A DNA stretch of 61,983 bases, the filler included, from Choristocarpus tenellus KU-1152 (Eukaryota > Protista > Phaeophyceae): the NCBI GenBank assembly GCA_964200185.2. It is 11 parts of 11 records of this genome, joined end to end, with 100 filler letters (N's around TTAATTAATTAA, not from the genome) between each part and the next. Parts side by side here need not be neighbours in the genome. Positions count along the whole stretch, not along the records: positions 21,800 to 28,267 come from CAXNAD020008076.1; positions 28,368 to 32,797 come from CAXNAD020014589.1; positions 32,898 to 43,973 come from CAXNAD020002520.1; 8 more parts are not named here. The stretch is one strand, 5' to 3'. Positions 25,066 through 36,800 of this stretch are shown here, in pieces. The position numbers and the translations under genes are program-made. How positions within the stretch are numbered: position 1 is the first letter of the stretch; the number at the start of each line of letters is the position of its first letter. The notes under the pieces were generated by a model. It was not told where the DNA came from. It did not search any database and worked only from the letters and a program-made list of their open reading frames with translations.

Positions 25066-27941
25066 ATGTTACCTCCTACGTATCGTTCACGTACAACACA
25101 TCTTAGGTTGATGTTTACTCTGTCGGGTTGGCCTCAAGTTCTGACTGGAGGCAATAGTCTCGCATGTAAGCCTTACATTCCTGCCCTCTTTACTCCCCCC
25201 CAGACTTGTGAATATCGAAACCTTTTACTCCACTACAGGGGTGGAGGTCCTCAAGGAACAGATGGGGTGAGGAGGGTGGAGGACTATGGGGATATCGGGT
25301 CTCTTCTTGCCAAAGGATGCCGAGAATTGAGAGATGGGGATTACGATCATGCAACGGAAACCTACAGTATCGCCGTCATGCTAGAATCACGCTCTGCAGA
25401 AGCTCATTGTGGGCTTGGCAAAGCCCTCATCGCTGCAGGTAACAGGACAGATGGGTTTGAGAGCCTCGTCACGGCTTTCCAATTGGATTCCCTCCTCCCA
25501 GAGGTCAAGGATGGCTTCCGCGAGTACTATAGGAAAGAAATCGAGGTAAATGTGGACAGAATATTTAGATCACGTGGGACAGGTCTGGCGTATCCTTCAT
25601 AACACGTGTGCCTGACACATCATGTTCGTAAGTGATAGCTTGGTCCCATAGATGCAAAGCTCCATAGCACTCACCAATAGACCCATTCCCTGATAAGTGG
25701 GTAATAAAGAGTACTTATAGAAGTAACCGTGGCTCTTTTCTTTACCCCACAAAGCATGCTTGTCCGATCACCCCCCCCTTTTCACATGCTCCCCAGGCTG
25801 ACCCCTCCAGCGTAGACGCCTACGAGGGACTTGCGGCACTTTGCATCGACTCTGGTCGACCCGAAGAGGCGGCGTCATGCTACAGTCGCTGTCTCGAGCT
25901 CACTATTAGCGAAGAGGCAGGCAGGAACGGAGAGAATGGTGGGGAACTTACAGACCGTCGAGACCGATGGGAGGTGGCGCTCTTCAAGTGCCGTGCTGCA
26001 CTGTGCGACTGGAAAGAGTGGGACGCTTCAACGGAGGCCCTCCGAGTGGCGGTGCGGCGTGGGGGGATAGAGGGGGGAAAGGAGAAGGGAAAGGAGCCAC
26101 CGAAACCACCAGTGCTGCACCCGTTCGACTCGCTTAGTGCATCACTATCGCCAGAGGAATGCCTGACTGTGGCTAGACAGCAGTCTCGTTGGGTAGAGGC
26201 TGCAACAGTTAAGATGGAGGATGGCAGTGTGTTTGTGGAAGTGGCAGAGATTGAGCAGGATGGGCATTGGGACCAGTCATCCAGGACTGGTGGAGGGCAG
26301 CGGTTGAGGCTAGGCTACATGAGTGGGGATCTCATGGGCACACACCCGCTTACACACCTGATGCAGGCAAGGCTTGGAACTCAAGAATGCGACTTTGATG
26401 GGTGTGTGGAGGTCATGTGGAATATTGTTGTGAGGCGGGTAAGGATATATGACCTAAGCATCACCTTTTTTGTTGTTCAACAGGGATTGACTTCATAAGT
26501 TGAAACCATTGTCCTCAGCATCGATACATTGCACAGTCCCATGATAAAATGGTGTAAGTGCTTGTGACCTGTTAACTGTACTTTTGTGAAGCTTTTTGTG
26601 TGTGTGTGCGTGCGTGTTGATGGTGATTGTAAAGAAGCATCACCTGCATACCCAAACCCAACCCTGAGTATTGAATGGAAGCCTGTCAATGTATTACAGT
26701 ACTACAGTGAGGCAAGTAGCACCAATCTGCTGAACTGCTCTGTTATTCTGGTACTGCTAAACCCTCTTCCCTCAACCATCCCTTAAGTTGTTTGTTTGTC
26801 AGCATGCTGCAGTCCTTACATATGTCATGGGATGTCCTAAAAAAACTTTCTTTGCCTGAAGGTTTAGGTCTAGGTCTAAAAATATTAACATGGGTAGGTT
26901 TCACCCCCCCCTCCCCCACGTGCAAGTTCAAACTTCTCCTCTTGCTTGCACCTCAAGCGCTCAGTTGCAACCCTGCACTCACGAATTGAATTGGAAGGGA
27001 TCTCATTCTGTGCTGTCTATTTTGACTCCTTCCAGAGCACGTTTGGGTCACATGACCGCAGTCGGTTTGAGGTATACCTCTACTCACTCAATGCCGCCGA
27101 TGGTTCAAAGGAGCGACATCGCATGGAAAAGGATGTTGAACACTTTAGAGACCTCAGTGCAATGACCTCACAAGAGGCTGCCAGGACCATTTCTGAAGAC
27201 TGGTGAGGCAGGGGATCCACTTTGTTGTAGGTACTATATGTGGGTGATGCTATTGGCGCTGCCATGGTGTGGGAGGGAGCCTTGGGTTGCAGGATTTCTG
27301 AGATATCAAGGGAGGGATGCTTTCTTTTAAGAAGACATTGAGTATGTAATTTTCTTGAATTGTTGAATGCTTGTAGCGTGGCTTAAACAGCTCTGTCATT
27401 GCTTGATGAAGCTGGAGTTGGGATCATGTTGTTGGTACAAGGGCCGAGTCTGCTGTTTCAACCGGCAGCATAACAGTTCCCATCCCATGTGTTACGTCTT
27501 TCAGTATTTCATGCTCGTTCCCACCTCAAACCCAACACCACGCTTCATGCTGTCGTCACTGGGTTGTGCTCGTGGCGTTGGGGCTTAGGAATATCCTTAG
27601 GGTGCTGACACTTCGTGGGCAACACTTTTTACGCTTCAAGATGGAACTATGATGTACATGGGTATGTGGGGAAGATGGAACTATGATGTACGTGAACCTC
27701 ACATTCCCTACAATGCATTCCCCGTGCCCTGTTGCTACAACACAGTGTGGATGTGCTGGTCAACCTTAACGGCTATGCAGGGACTTCAAGGAGTGCCGAT
27801 GTATTGGTATGGCATCCAGCATCAATTTTGGTGAGCTACATGGGCTTCCCGGGGACAATGGGCTCTTCAAGGCTTTCCAACTACATCCTGGCTGATGGGA
27901 TTGTAATACCAGAGTCGCTTAGGGAGCACTATTCTGAGAAG
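25066..27941 (+). CDS. TPR-containing O-GlcNAc transferase (GT41, OGT/SEC-like), 3'-partial
   Basis: Exons (25066 or 25239)-25545 (TPR), 25797-26366 (TPR, CDW, LRLGYMSGDLMGTHPLTHLMQ), 27036-27202 (STFGSHDRSRFEVYLYSL), 27746-27941 (DVLVNLNGY, SYMGFPGT, DGIVIP...HYSEK). Start codon uncertain. Confidence 0.9.
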
Positions 27942-28267
27942 GTAATGTAGATTTAGTCAACCAATTTGATGGGTTGGAAGAAGGGAAAAGCAGAAGAGGG
28001 TGTCTCCCCTTCCTGCCTCAAAGGCATTTGAACCCTCAGGTGTCAGACCATTGTCGATATGATAGTCATGCAGGATTTCTGTTCTTCCTGCAGCCTTCGC
28101 CCCTCCCTCCCCCCCCCACCCCTGCTAAAACAAAATGGATTCATCTGCTTTCATTTAGCCAATCTAGGAAGAACCTATTTATATTTCAACATGTAAATCG
28201 AGAGCAGCATTACCCCCCCCCCCCCCCCCCTCTTCCCCCCCCCCCCCCCCACCCCCCCCTCCCCCCC

Positions 28268-28367
28268 NNNNNNNNNNNNNNNNNNNNNNNNNNNNNNNNN
28301 NNNNNNNNNNNTTAATTAATTAANNNNNNNNNNNNNNNNNNNNNNNNNNNNNNNNNNNNNNNNNNNN
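28268..28367. other. Artificial contig linker
   Basis: 44 N + TTAATTAATTAA + 44 N, preceded by a long poly-C tract. Confidence 0.98.
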
Positions 28368-28651
28368 CCAGATACTTGACCCATCTTTCGGTCTGAAACA
28401 AAAAAAAATCCATGACAGTTGAGTTACCCCTGACTTATACAGTTGCCGAATCGCTGAGGAGTGTGATGACAGAGATAGCCTTGAAAATCCGAAATTGAAG
28501 GGGTGCACAATTCACGTTGTTTGCCCAGAGTTTGATGGGGCTCCTACTTGACCCCAGAGCTTGAATCCTGTAGGAATTCTCTTCTATCCACCACAAACCT
28601 GTGAGTTATGTAGTGTGGTGCCCAATTAACTTACTGCCCCCCCCCTCTCAG

Positions 28652-31154
28652 GTGGTTGGCACAGGAGCTGGTGCAGGCCTGATTCTTGACTTCATAGGAC
28701 ATATCAGAGCCAGCAGTATTGCACCACAACGACCTGTGACTATCTGCTACTCTACCGCCAGCCTGCCCCTTTTGCAGTTTGTAACTAACAACCTGTTGGT
28801 TGAGAAACCTCCTGGGGTCGAGATCCACACATCCCTGACTCGGAATGAAGACATCATGGTGTGTTTGTGGGAGGTGTACGTATTTTTTTGAGCACCCAAC
28901 TATTTTGCGAGTCACTTCCGTGTGTTGAATACGTAAATGCGTTCATTTTTCACGAAATTCAATTGGATACCGAATGTGCTGGTTGTAGAGAGTCTGCACG
29001 CACCCTTTTCTACTGTGGATGATCCATATTCACTGTCTTCGTTGGGGGGTGATTGTCCCGAGCACGTTCACATCTTCTACACATTGAATCAAGCCCAGTT
29101 TGTCGGTAATTTCGGGGACTCGTGTAGAACCAAATGGACCTCAAGGATAAGATCTTACCACCAATGTGTAAAAGCAGGTTTGTCTTTTGCTATACCGTTG
29201 TTTCTTGTGCTATATACCGTCATACCGATTGTTTTTCTTTCTTAGAATTTCGTTTCTACCTTGAGGAGGATATTCGGAGCGATACATTTCCGGGATTTCC
29301 CGTAACGTCTCTTACTCTCAAGATCATTATGTATAATGCAAAATCGGTGTTCTAGATGGTGATAGCTGTGGTGAATCGATCCAACATGCAAGCAATGAAG
29401 AATTTTCAAGGTGTAGTGGGCGGTCCTCATAAGTGAGGGAGAGGCTCAAAGTATCTGGGGGGGGGTGGTGGCGTTGTCCATTTTGGATCAATTTTTTCAT
29501 ATCGCGATTTTGGGGTGATTTGGTTGCATACCTCGGATGGATTAAGAATATTGTAGATACTCTTTTCCTGATTTTGGTCAAATGGACATCCTGCTGTAGA
29601 CCCTCCCCCCCCCTCAGATACTTTGGGTCAGAAAATTCAATATCCCACTTGATTGTTAGTCCTTGCAAGAGATAGACTTTGTGCGTATCCATTTCGGCAT
29701 TTTGCTACCACTCCTTGCCATACGAGCTTTCAAAACAAGGTTCAAGTGATAAAAATACCGACTTCCTTGACCGCTTGGCCATTATTGTTGAACATCTCTT
29801 AATGCCAAAATTATTCTGGTTCCAATTTACACCTGTCTTAGTCCTAGATTATCGAAATGCTGGCAAATTCGACCTACACCCTGCCTGTCCCCTATCTCAA
29901 TTATCAAAATCTAGTCTTACTCCTGATCCCAACTATGTTTGGTACCCCAGTACTTCAGACGAGGTGGTATCACCTGGCCCTTCCAGGACTTACAGAATTG
30001 CCATTGAACTGCAAATCGACATGTCATTGTGCTGAGGAAAGCAGACTGCTACCATATTCCCTTCTGGATTGTATTGTGTGCATGGGCTAACTAACACTCG
30101 GATTCTGGTAGTAAACAATGGTCAAGCGAGGGTGTAGATGATATATTGAGCAGTTGACCTGTGTTTCAATAAAATGTGGAAATATGCCAAGAACCTTTCT
30201 CACAAGAATGTAAGTGGAAGGTCAGAGGCACAAGTGACTTGTCTACTATTGGTGCACTCCAGGATCCGCGCCCATCATAATAATCACTTCTTCCTCACTA
30301 AGTCTCACTTTCTCTTGCTGAACGAGACTTTCTAAGTTGTGCCTAGCATGGCGCACATAACCTATTCGTCTTACCATGCCTTCCTCTGCAGGCACCTCCT
30401 GCCCTAGATTTATTTTTTGTTGCGTTGAGGAAGGCGCCAAATGTGTATAGACATCCAGTATCAAACTTTGGCAATACAGAAGGAATGATATCTGTGCCTA
30501 CACGCTTAATTTATGGGATATGTAGTCACTTTTGCCCTATATTCTGGAGTATATGAAACTTTTGCCTTGCCATACAAACCCATGCTGACCCCCGTGCTCT
30601 CTCCACGCAATGGCAGATTCACAATGCCCATATCCCCACAAGTGCCGGACAGCTCGCCATGGGTCGCCTTGACATCATGGTATGGAACTCTGTTGTTGGT
30701 GTGTTACTGAATTTTTGCTTTCTGGCACTGTGACCGACTACAGTAGTGCTACCAGCTTTTGCAATTGACTATACAGCTATAAAAGACTCCATTGCCAAGG
30801 TCTTCAGGGGTCCTATCCAACATGCATTTTCCACATACTTTAATCTCCTGGATTGAGTATACAACTTCAGCGAACTGTATGATCCCCTGCAATCTCCAGA
30901 GTGCTTACATTGCAACAGAAATGTCGATACTTTTATTTGTTTGAAGCAGAGGACACTCTGGTAATGTGACAGATTTGGAGCAAAAGAGTAAGCCTCATCA
31001 CCTCCCCCTTGATGTGAACTCCCTCCAGGCTATAGTGAAGGCGATGCCCCCTGATGCAGAGATCTACTTCTGCGGTGCAGGGACTATCAATACCCTTCTA
31101 CGTTACATGTGTGCTAAGCGCGGTATCAGGTATTTTGGAAGCTCTGTGCAGTGA
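28652..31154 (+). CDS. C-terminal NAD(P)-binding domain of a ferric reductase/NADPH oxidase/FNR-like oxidoreductase (partial)
   Basis: Exon 28652-28858 VVGTGAGAGLILDF...VEIHTSLTR; last exon 31029-31154 AIVKAMPPDAEIYFCGAG...VQ*. An intervening exon is likely but was not located. Confidence 0.65.
29443..29629 (-). mobile_element. MITE family A, full length (187 bp), inverted orientation
   Basis: TIRs GGCTCAAAGTATCTG ... CAGATACTTTGGGTC; flanks AGA/AGA; interior is the reverse complement of the 16348 copy. Confidence 0.9.
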
Positions 31155-32347
31155 ACGAGCTTGCATCGCATAAGAGCACCTGTTTTTGCTGTGCTACTTG
31201 CAGTAAGTATCGCACATATACAGATGTAATTAATGGCTGGTTTCATGCCTGGATTGTAGGTCAGATGAGAGAGGAGTATGATGAGGTCGAGGTCGTGTGT
31301 GAAACACCAATCACCTGACAAGACAGAGGTTGCCCTTAACTCAAATGTTGTCTGCATTGGTGGGTGAGGACAGCAATAGTAGTGGCAGTAGCTGCAAGAC
31401 TCACAACCCAAACCATTCTTCTTAATGGATTCTGACTCAAGCACACACACAGCACAATGCAAATCTATGTTTAAGTTCTAGGTAATGCAAGTGTAGTGGT
31501 GAGTAAAAGAAATTGTCAAATTACTCTAGTGTGTGTTGAACGTTGTAGTATTTAGCTAAGGTAGGCGTTGTAGGTTTACAGTGTTGTTATGCCCCTGCCA
31601 TGCTGTGCTACTTCACTCGTGTTGTGGTTAGGGCTTAGGTTAACTTCACAGTACCCTTTCTTTGTAATATTAGTACCCAGTAGCTGGTTGCGTTATGTTC
31701 TTAGTGTGAGACTACATGTGACTCTTTAACTTATTTGGTGGAAGTTGGGTGGGGTTGTGTTTGGGAATGACTTATTTGGCCGCTCACTTGGTTGACTGGC
31801 TGCCACGCTGAATTGCCTTGCTGGCTAGCTGGCTGCCCTTTGCATCACTATTTCTTGGCTTCGCTTGCCGTATCACATGCACCAGGGAACACATTTCTTG
31901 GCTTAGTATAGTCCTGTACAGCAGCCTCGTATAATGGTAAGCATTGATGAACGGCATAATGCATGGTCGCCTATGATGGTCTTATCGATGTGTTTCTCTG
32001 CTCTCTTTTTAATTTCCGAACGATAGAGGAGTAGCATTGGAACCCCTGATGTTGGTAGACTAAAGTGGAATACTCTGTCTTCTTGTTTTCTTGTTGTATG
32101 GGACTATATTCTTTCTTTTCTTTACACATCAGTGAAATTTCTGGGGGAGGTTTTGCGTTTATTGAATTTTTATTCCTCTGTTTTGTTCGATCTGTTCTTC
32201 TATGCTTTTATGCTCTCATTGTAGTGTCTCTCAGAAAAGATCTGAGGACGTTTGCGTGCTGATTCTTTTTCCATCGCAACATCTCCAAAACACAGAACAC
32301 CATTACATCACTCATCAAACTACTCTTGTTATAGTAATATAGTGTAT

Positions 32348-32616
32348 ATACGAATCGGGTGATTCTGTGGCGGCGTAGCTCACTCAGAGGCAAAGGTGGT
32401 GAAGAGAATAACTGGGAAAGACGGACCAGACACTAACCTTAACGAAGAGGATGAAGTTATGGTTGGACAAGTGCAAGACTGAAAGGACTAAGGGTTAGTG
32501 TGTGTGAACAATGTAACATATATAATAACAATATGTCCTTGGCACGTGTGAGTTCGAATCTCACTGGTGTCACCAATATGAATCGGGTGATTCTGTGCTG
32601 GCATAGTTCATTCAGA
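32348..32616 (-). mobile_element. Minimal LTR-PBS-LTR unit (TRIM-like)
   Basis: A 41-bp direct repeat at 32348-32388 and 32576-32616. On the minus strand ...GATTCA-tat-TGGTGACACCAGTGAGATTCGAACTCAC reads as LTR end plus tRNA PBS. Putative full LTR ~32530-32351 starts TGTTA. Confidence 0.55.
32548..32575 (+). other. tRNA 3' fragment (T-arm, acceptor strand, CCA), tRNA-Leu-like; not a complete tRNA gene
   Basis: GTGAG-TTCGAAT-CTCAC-TGGTGTC-A-CCA. No D-arm or 5' acceptor strand at the expected distance. Confidence 0.8.
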
Positions 32617-32797
32617 AACAGCGGATCGAGATAATGGCGGATGGATCATTTCATGGAGGATGGATTTTTCTCAAAATGGTACGCGGAAAGTGCCGATATG
32701 TTTTTTTTGTAATTGTTGCGGCACTTTTTAAGGGCCCCTTTTTGAATGGGAATCCATGCCGAAGGTGGTAGTAGGACATACTTAATTGATGATAATT
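32617..32797. mobile_element. Fold-back MITE family C inserted into the LTR-like repeat, cut by contig end
   Basis: Begins AACAGCGGAT exactly where the direct repeat stops; homologous to 8788-8852 and 18316-18350. Confidence 0.7.
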
Positions 32798-32897
32798 NNN
32801 NNNNNNNNNNNNNNNNNNNNNNNNNNNNNNNNNNNNNNNNNTTAATTAATTAANNNNNNNNNNNNNNNNNNNNNNNNNNNNNNNNNNNNNNNNNNNN
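32798..32897. other. Artificial contig linker
   Basis: 44 N + TTAATTAATTAA + 44 N. Confidence 0.98.
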
Positions 32898-32964
32898 CCA
32901 TCGGAAGCCAAACCCCAAATGGACAGACAGGGCAAAACTTGTACCCTCTAAGATACTTTCACTC
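32898..32964 (+). mobile_element. MITE family B right end
   Basis: ...CAGGGCAAAACTTGTACCCTCTAAGATACTTTCACTC. Confidence 0.85.
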
Positions 32965-33398
32965 GTTTATAGAAGCCGAAAAACGGGCATAATAAAACGT
33001 GGCGAAGTAAAGCCTTGAACAGATAAACAGGAATAAACTCCTACTCGCTGAATTGTTTTGGGTCGTATCTACCGCAGTATACTGGCATGTGAAGGTCATA
33101 CTGCACACCCAACCCCCCTGTGTAAATGGCTTATCAGCAGAGAGTCGAGAGAGACGTTTTTTAATTGAGTTTTATTGGGAAGTCCTCTTTGTGGGAAAAG
33201 AGATTGATGACTTTGGAGAATCGTTTCATTTGAAGCTATGGGATGCAATTTCAGATACAAAGGATAAGGCTGAGGTTGATTGGTAATTTTGGTGAAATAT
33301 CGTAAAAGTGTAGTAACCTTCTGCTATGATCTGAATCGCGTACCATGCCGCTTCTTGTACATATTTTAAAAATCTGTCCAGAAATCGATGTGCCATCT

Positions 33399-33666
33399 GA
33401 CTCAAAGTATCTTAAAGGGGAGGGTCTTTAGGGCACGTAGTCCATTTGTGATTGATGTGATGCTGTAAGATACCCCAGTTTGATAACCGTTTTGCGAGTT
33501 ATTTTCTTCGGATTTGGTTCAGGCACGGGAATTAAAAAGGAAGCTGCGTTCAGATAAAGGGAATTGCCCTTGCACCTGACACGTTAACTCAGATGACATG
33601 AAACCGCTACAGGTTCACACAGGCCCCGAATAGATGACTGCCCTCCCCTCTAGAATCCTATGGGCT
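33399..33666. mobile_element. Older MITE with the same TIR core but a different interior (family D, 268 bp)
   Basis: Left end GACTCAAAGTATCTTAAAGGGGAGG; degenerate right end CCTCCCCTCTAGAATCCTATGGGCT; 4-bp TSD ATCT on both sides. Confidence 0.6.
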
Positions 33667-33800
33667 ATCTCTAGGTGTGATTTGTTTTGACCTGTCCATT
33701 TTCCTATATGAAGTACGTGATCGATAATGTTCCCAACAATGTCATTACAACTCAACTGCTGCTCTCGCATATTTCTGGGGAATGCCTCCTCTTTGAATAG

Positions 33801-36800
33801 GAACGCTGTTCCATGGGCGCTGAACAGCGGTCAGCCACCCCTTATGTAGACTACCTTCGCCCCATCATAGCTGATGCCGACACAGGACATGGTGGTCTCA
33901 CTGCTGTGATGAAACTTACAAAACTGTTCATCGAGAAGGGAGCTGCTGGAGTGCACTTTGAGGATCAGAAGGTGGAAGTGAAGTTGTTTCCGGTTGCAGG
34001 ACAGAAAGGTTGACTCCACACTTTTCCAGAAATTACTTCAAACTTCAAATCCGGTTTCAGGAGTCATGAAGGTCCTATGAAGGCGTTGGCTTACCAATCC
34101 TAATATTAGATAACAAGTTGACTTTGCCATACTTAGAATCGCCCATTTACAGATTGTGGGAGTTGGCACCGCATTGGCTAAAGAAAAGAGGAAGGTACTT
34201 CTATCTTTTTTCTTTGAGTGGGTTTCAGGGTGATCAACACACAGTTATTTTTCGGGTCGTTGCTCCTCAATAGGTGCTACATCACAGTAGATCTGTTTCC
34301 TACTGCCAGCTACTCCGAAATTTAACATGGTAGGTATTGTGGTTCATTCATGTCAGCAAATATATTACTGCAGTTTGGTCATTTGAACACTATGCCTTAG
34401 AATTCACTGGACATATACTTACCTGTACGTTACACCTTCAATTGCTTTCATTGTGCCACCATTTAATTCCCCCGAAAAGCAACATTTGTGTCCACTGAAC
34501 AGCAGAGATCTTTCGCATATTTCTGGTTGATGTCTGGCCAATCACCACCAAATTTCACGCTATGAAAGCTGTATAAACAGGTTGTACTTGCAGATTTCCT
34601 ATTTGGCATAGGAAAGTAATACTAAGGAGGGGAGTACTTTGTAGTCAAGAAAATAGTTCATATTGTTGCACTCTCTATGAATTCTCCCGCAGAAATATCC
34701 CCTAAAACATTCTTCAGCACTGCGACGGTAGTGTTGTTACCCTACATTCCATACGCACAAGACGTTTCTCCTATTTCTCACTCCCTTGTCATATCCCTCC
34801 GTTTCCTTGCTCGACTTTTTCTACAGCCTGGAACTAAGAAGTGTGGACATATGGGCGGCAAGGTGCTTGTGTCAATTCAGGAGCATATTGATCGTCTCGC
34901 AGCAGCTAGGCTGCAGGCAGATATCATGGGCACAGAGGTCAGGGTCAACAAACTGTTCATCAAAATGCTTTTTTAGCTCTAGGGTTCGAGCACTGCACAA
35001 TTATCTCGTACCTGCTACAGTTTTCCTGTCAATCAAAGGCTCATCAGATCATCTTTCTCGAAACTTGCGTCCTGAATATGCGCATGATCTTTGCACAGAG
35101 TAATTTGATGCTCCAATTGCAGTTGCACCCCTGGGGGTAGTGATAATAAGCTAACGCATACCTAGCATTTCGTTCTTTTGTTGGATACGATTTTCATTCG
35201 TCCTTCATAGCGCTGCTCGGACAAAGTATTTTTTTTGTTAGACCGAAGACATAATTGTTTTCGGCACCCTAATATATAATAATAATAGCAGGGTCATATT
35301 TTTTCAGGGCTATATAGGGATCTCACTACAACAAAGAACGTTAAGATCGCATTCTGTAACGTAGCAATGACAGGACCCCCTGCAAGTCCGTAATACTGCC
35401 ACCATCTATACCTATACAAGTGCTCTTGCCTCTCTCATAAATACTCACAGACAATCATTGTGGCCAGAACCGATGCAGAGGCTGCGACCCTTCTGGACAA
35501 CAACATAGACCCCCGTGACCACCCCTACATCCTTGGTGTGACAAGGCCAGGAACAAGGTAGAGCGAGGTTCAGTAGAGACTTTCATGAGAGACTTCTTGC
35601 GCTTTGGATTGAGAGAGTTGCGACAAGGGCTTTGTCATGGAGATAGAGGATGGGGTACAGAGTGAACAGCTGGATTGCACTGTTAGAGGAAATATGGTTT
35701 GGTCTAGACAATTTTAGGTGTCAAAATTGACCCCTGAGTTGTCGAGGAGTTGGGATATTGGATGCAAGGCTGATGATGGTGTTGTGACCAGGACTGTCAA
35801 ACTTTGATAATCCTACTTTATAAATTTTGTTTCTGTATATTATAATTTGGAGGATGCATTTCAAGTAGAAAATGCCAGTTTGTATACAGAAATGTATTTT
35901 TGGTTTACAAAGAGGATGTTGTTATGGTTGTTTTCCTCTGAAGATTAGTATCAGCTTGTGATGAATCTTCGAATAACTTTTCGAAATGTGTGTATTGTTG
36001 CTAATTAACTAGAGGACATGTGTGTGAAAACCAAGTATTGCCAAGAGTGAGTAAGGCTCATTAGACAGCACCCCCCTCCACCAAAACATCTACAAACTGA
36101 TTTTTACAGGGCGCTCAATGAGATGCTTGTAGAGGCCAAAGCTTATGGGGCCTCTGCGGAGGAAATCAATGAGATGACAAAGGGCTGGGCAGAGGCTGCT
36201 GGGCTTATGCGATTCTCTGAGGTAGGTGCTGCGATATACGAGTATATCAATGCTATTAAGAAAGGAGAACAATCCCTTATCGGCTTAGTTACAAGGAAGA
36301 CACAAATATCGAGCAGTAAAACAGTTGAAACACAACTGCTGATTGGATTTTGGTGGGTGTGTTGATGCTCTCAAGTGCCTTTCTCGCTGACTACACGTTG
36401 GGCTCTTAAAGCATGTATTATAGAGTAGAACAATAATAAAAAATGCCTAGACCATGCTGCAAATTATCTTTAAGATGGCTTTCAAAGCACCTGGTGTGCA
36501 CGGACTGGGGGGAGTACTGGCTAGAGGTTTGGTCTGTAGTAATATGACAATTTGTGGAAAATGTAGCACCCATTGAGGTCAAACTGGGCGATGTTTGACA
36601 AAATACTCCCACCATGTCGTGATCAATCAATACATTCAGGAAGATGTTACTGTGTAATTGCAGGCTGATGTTTGATGGGGAAGAGGTAGAAGGATATGCC
36701 TGTTGAGAGTGTAAGTTGAGAGTCATGTCACAGAGCACACAAGGTGTCATGAGGTGCTGCAGTGGAGACCCTTATGTTGTTGTGCAGTATGATAACCTCA

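Noticed and set aside
32540-32575. Functional tRNA gene
   Set aside because: Only the 3' third is present, with encoded CCA; better explained as a PBS or reverse-transcribed fragment.
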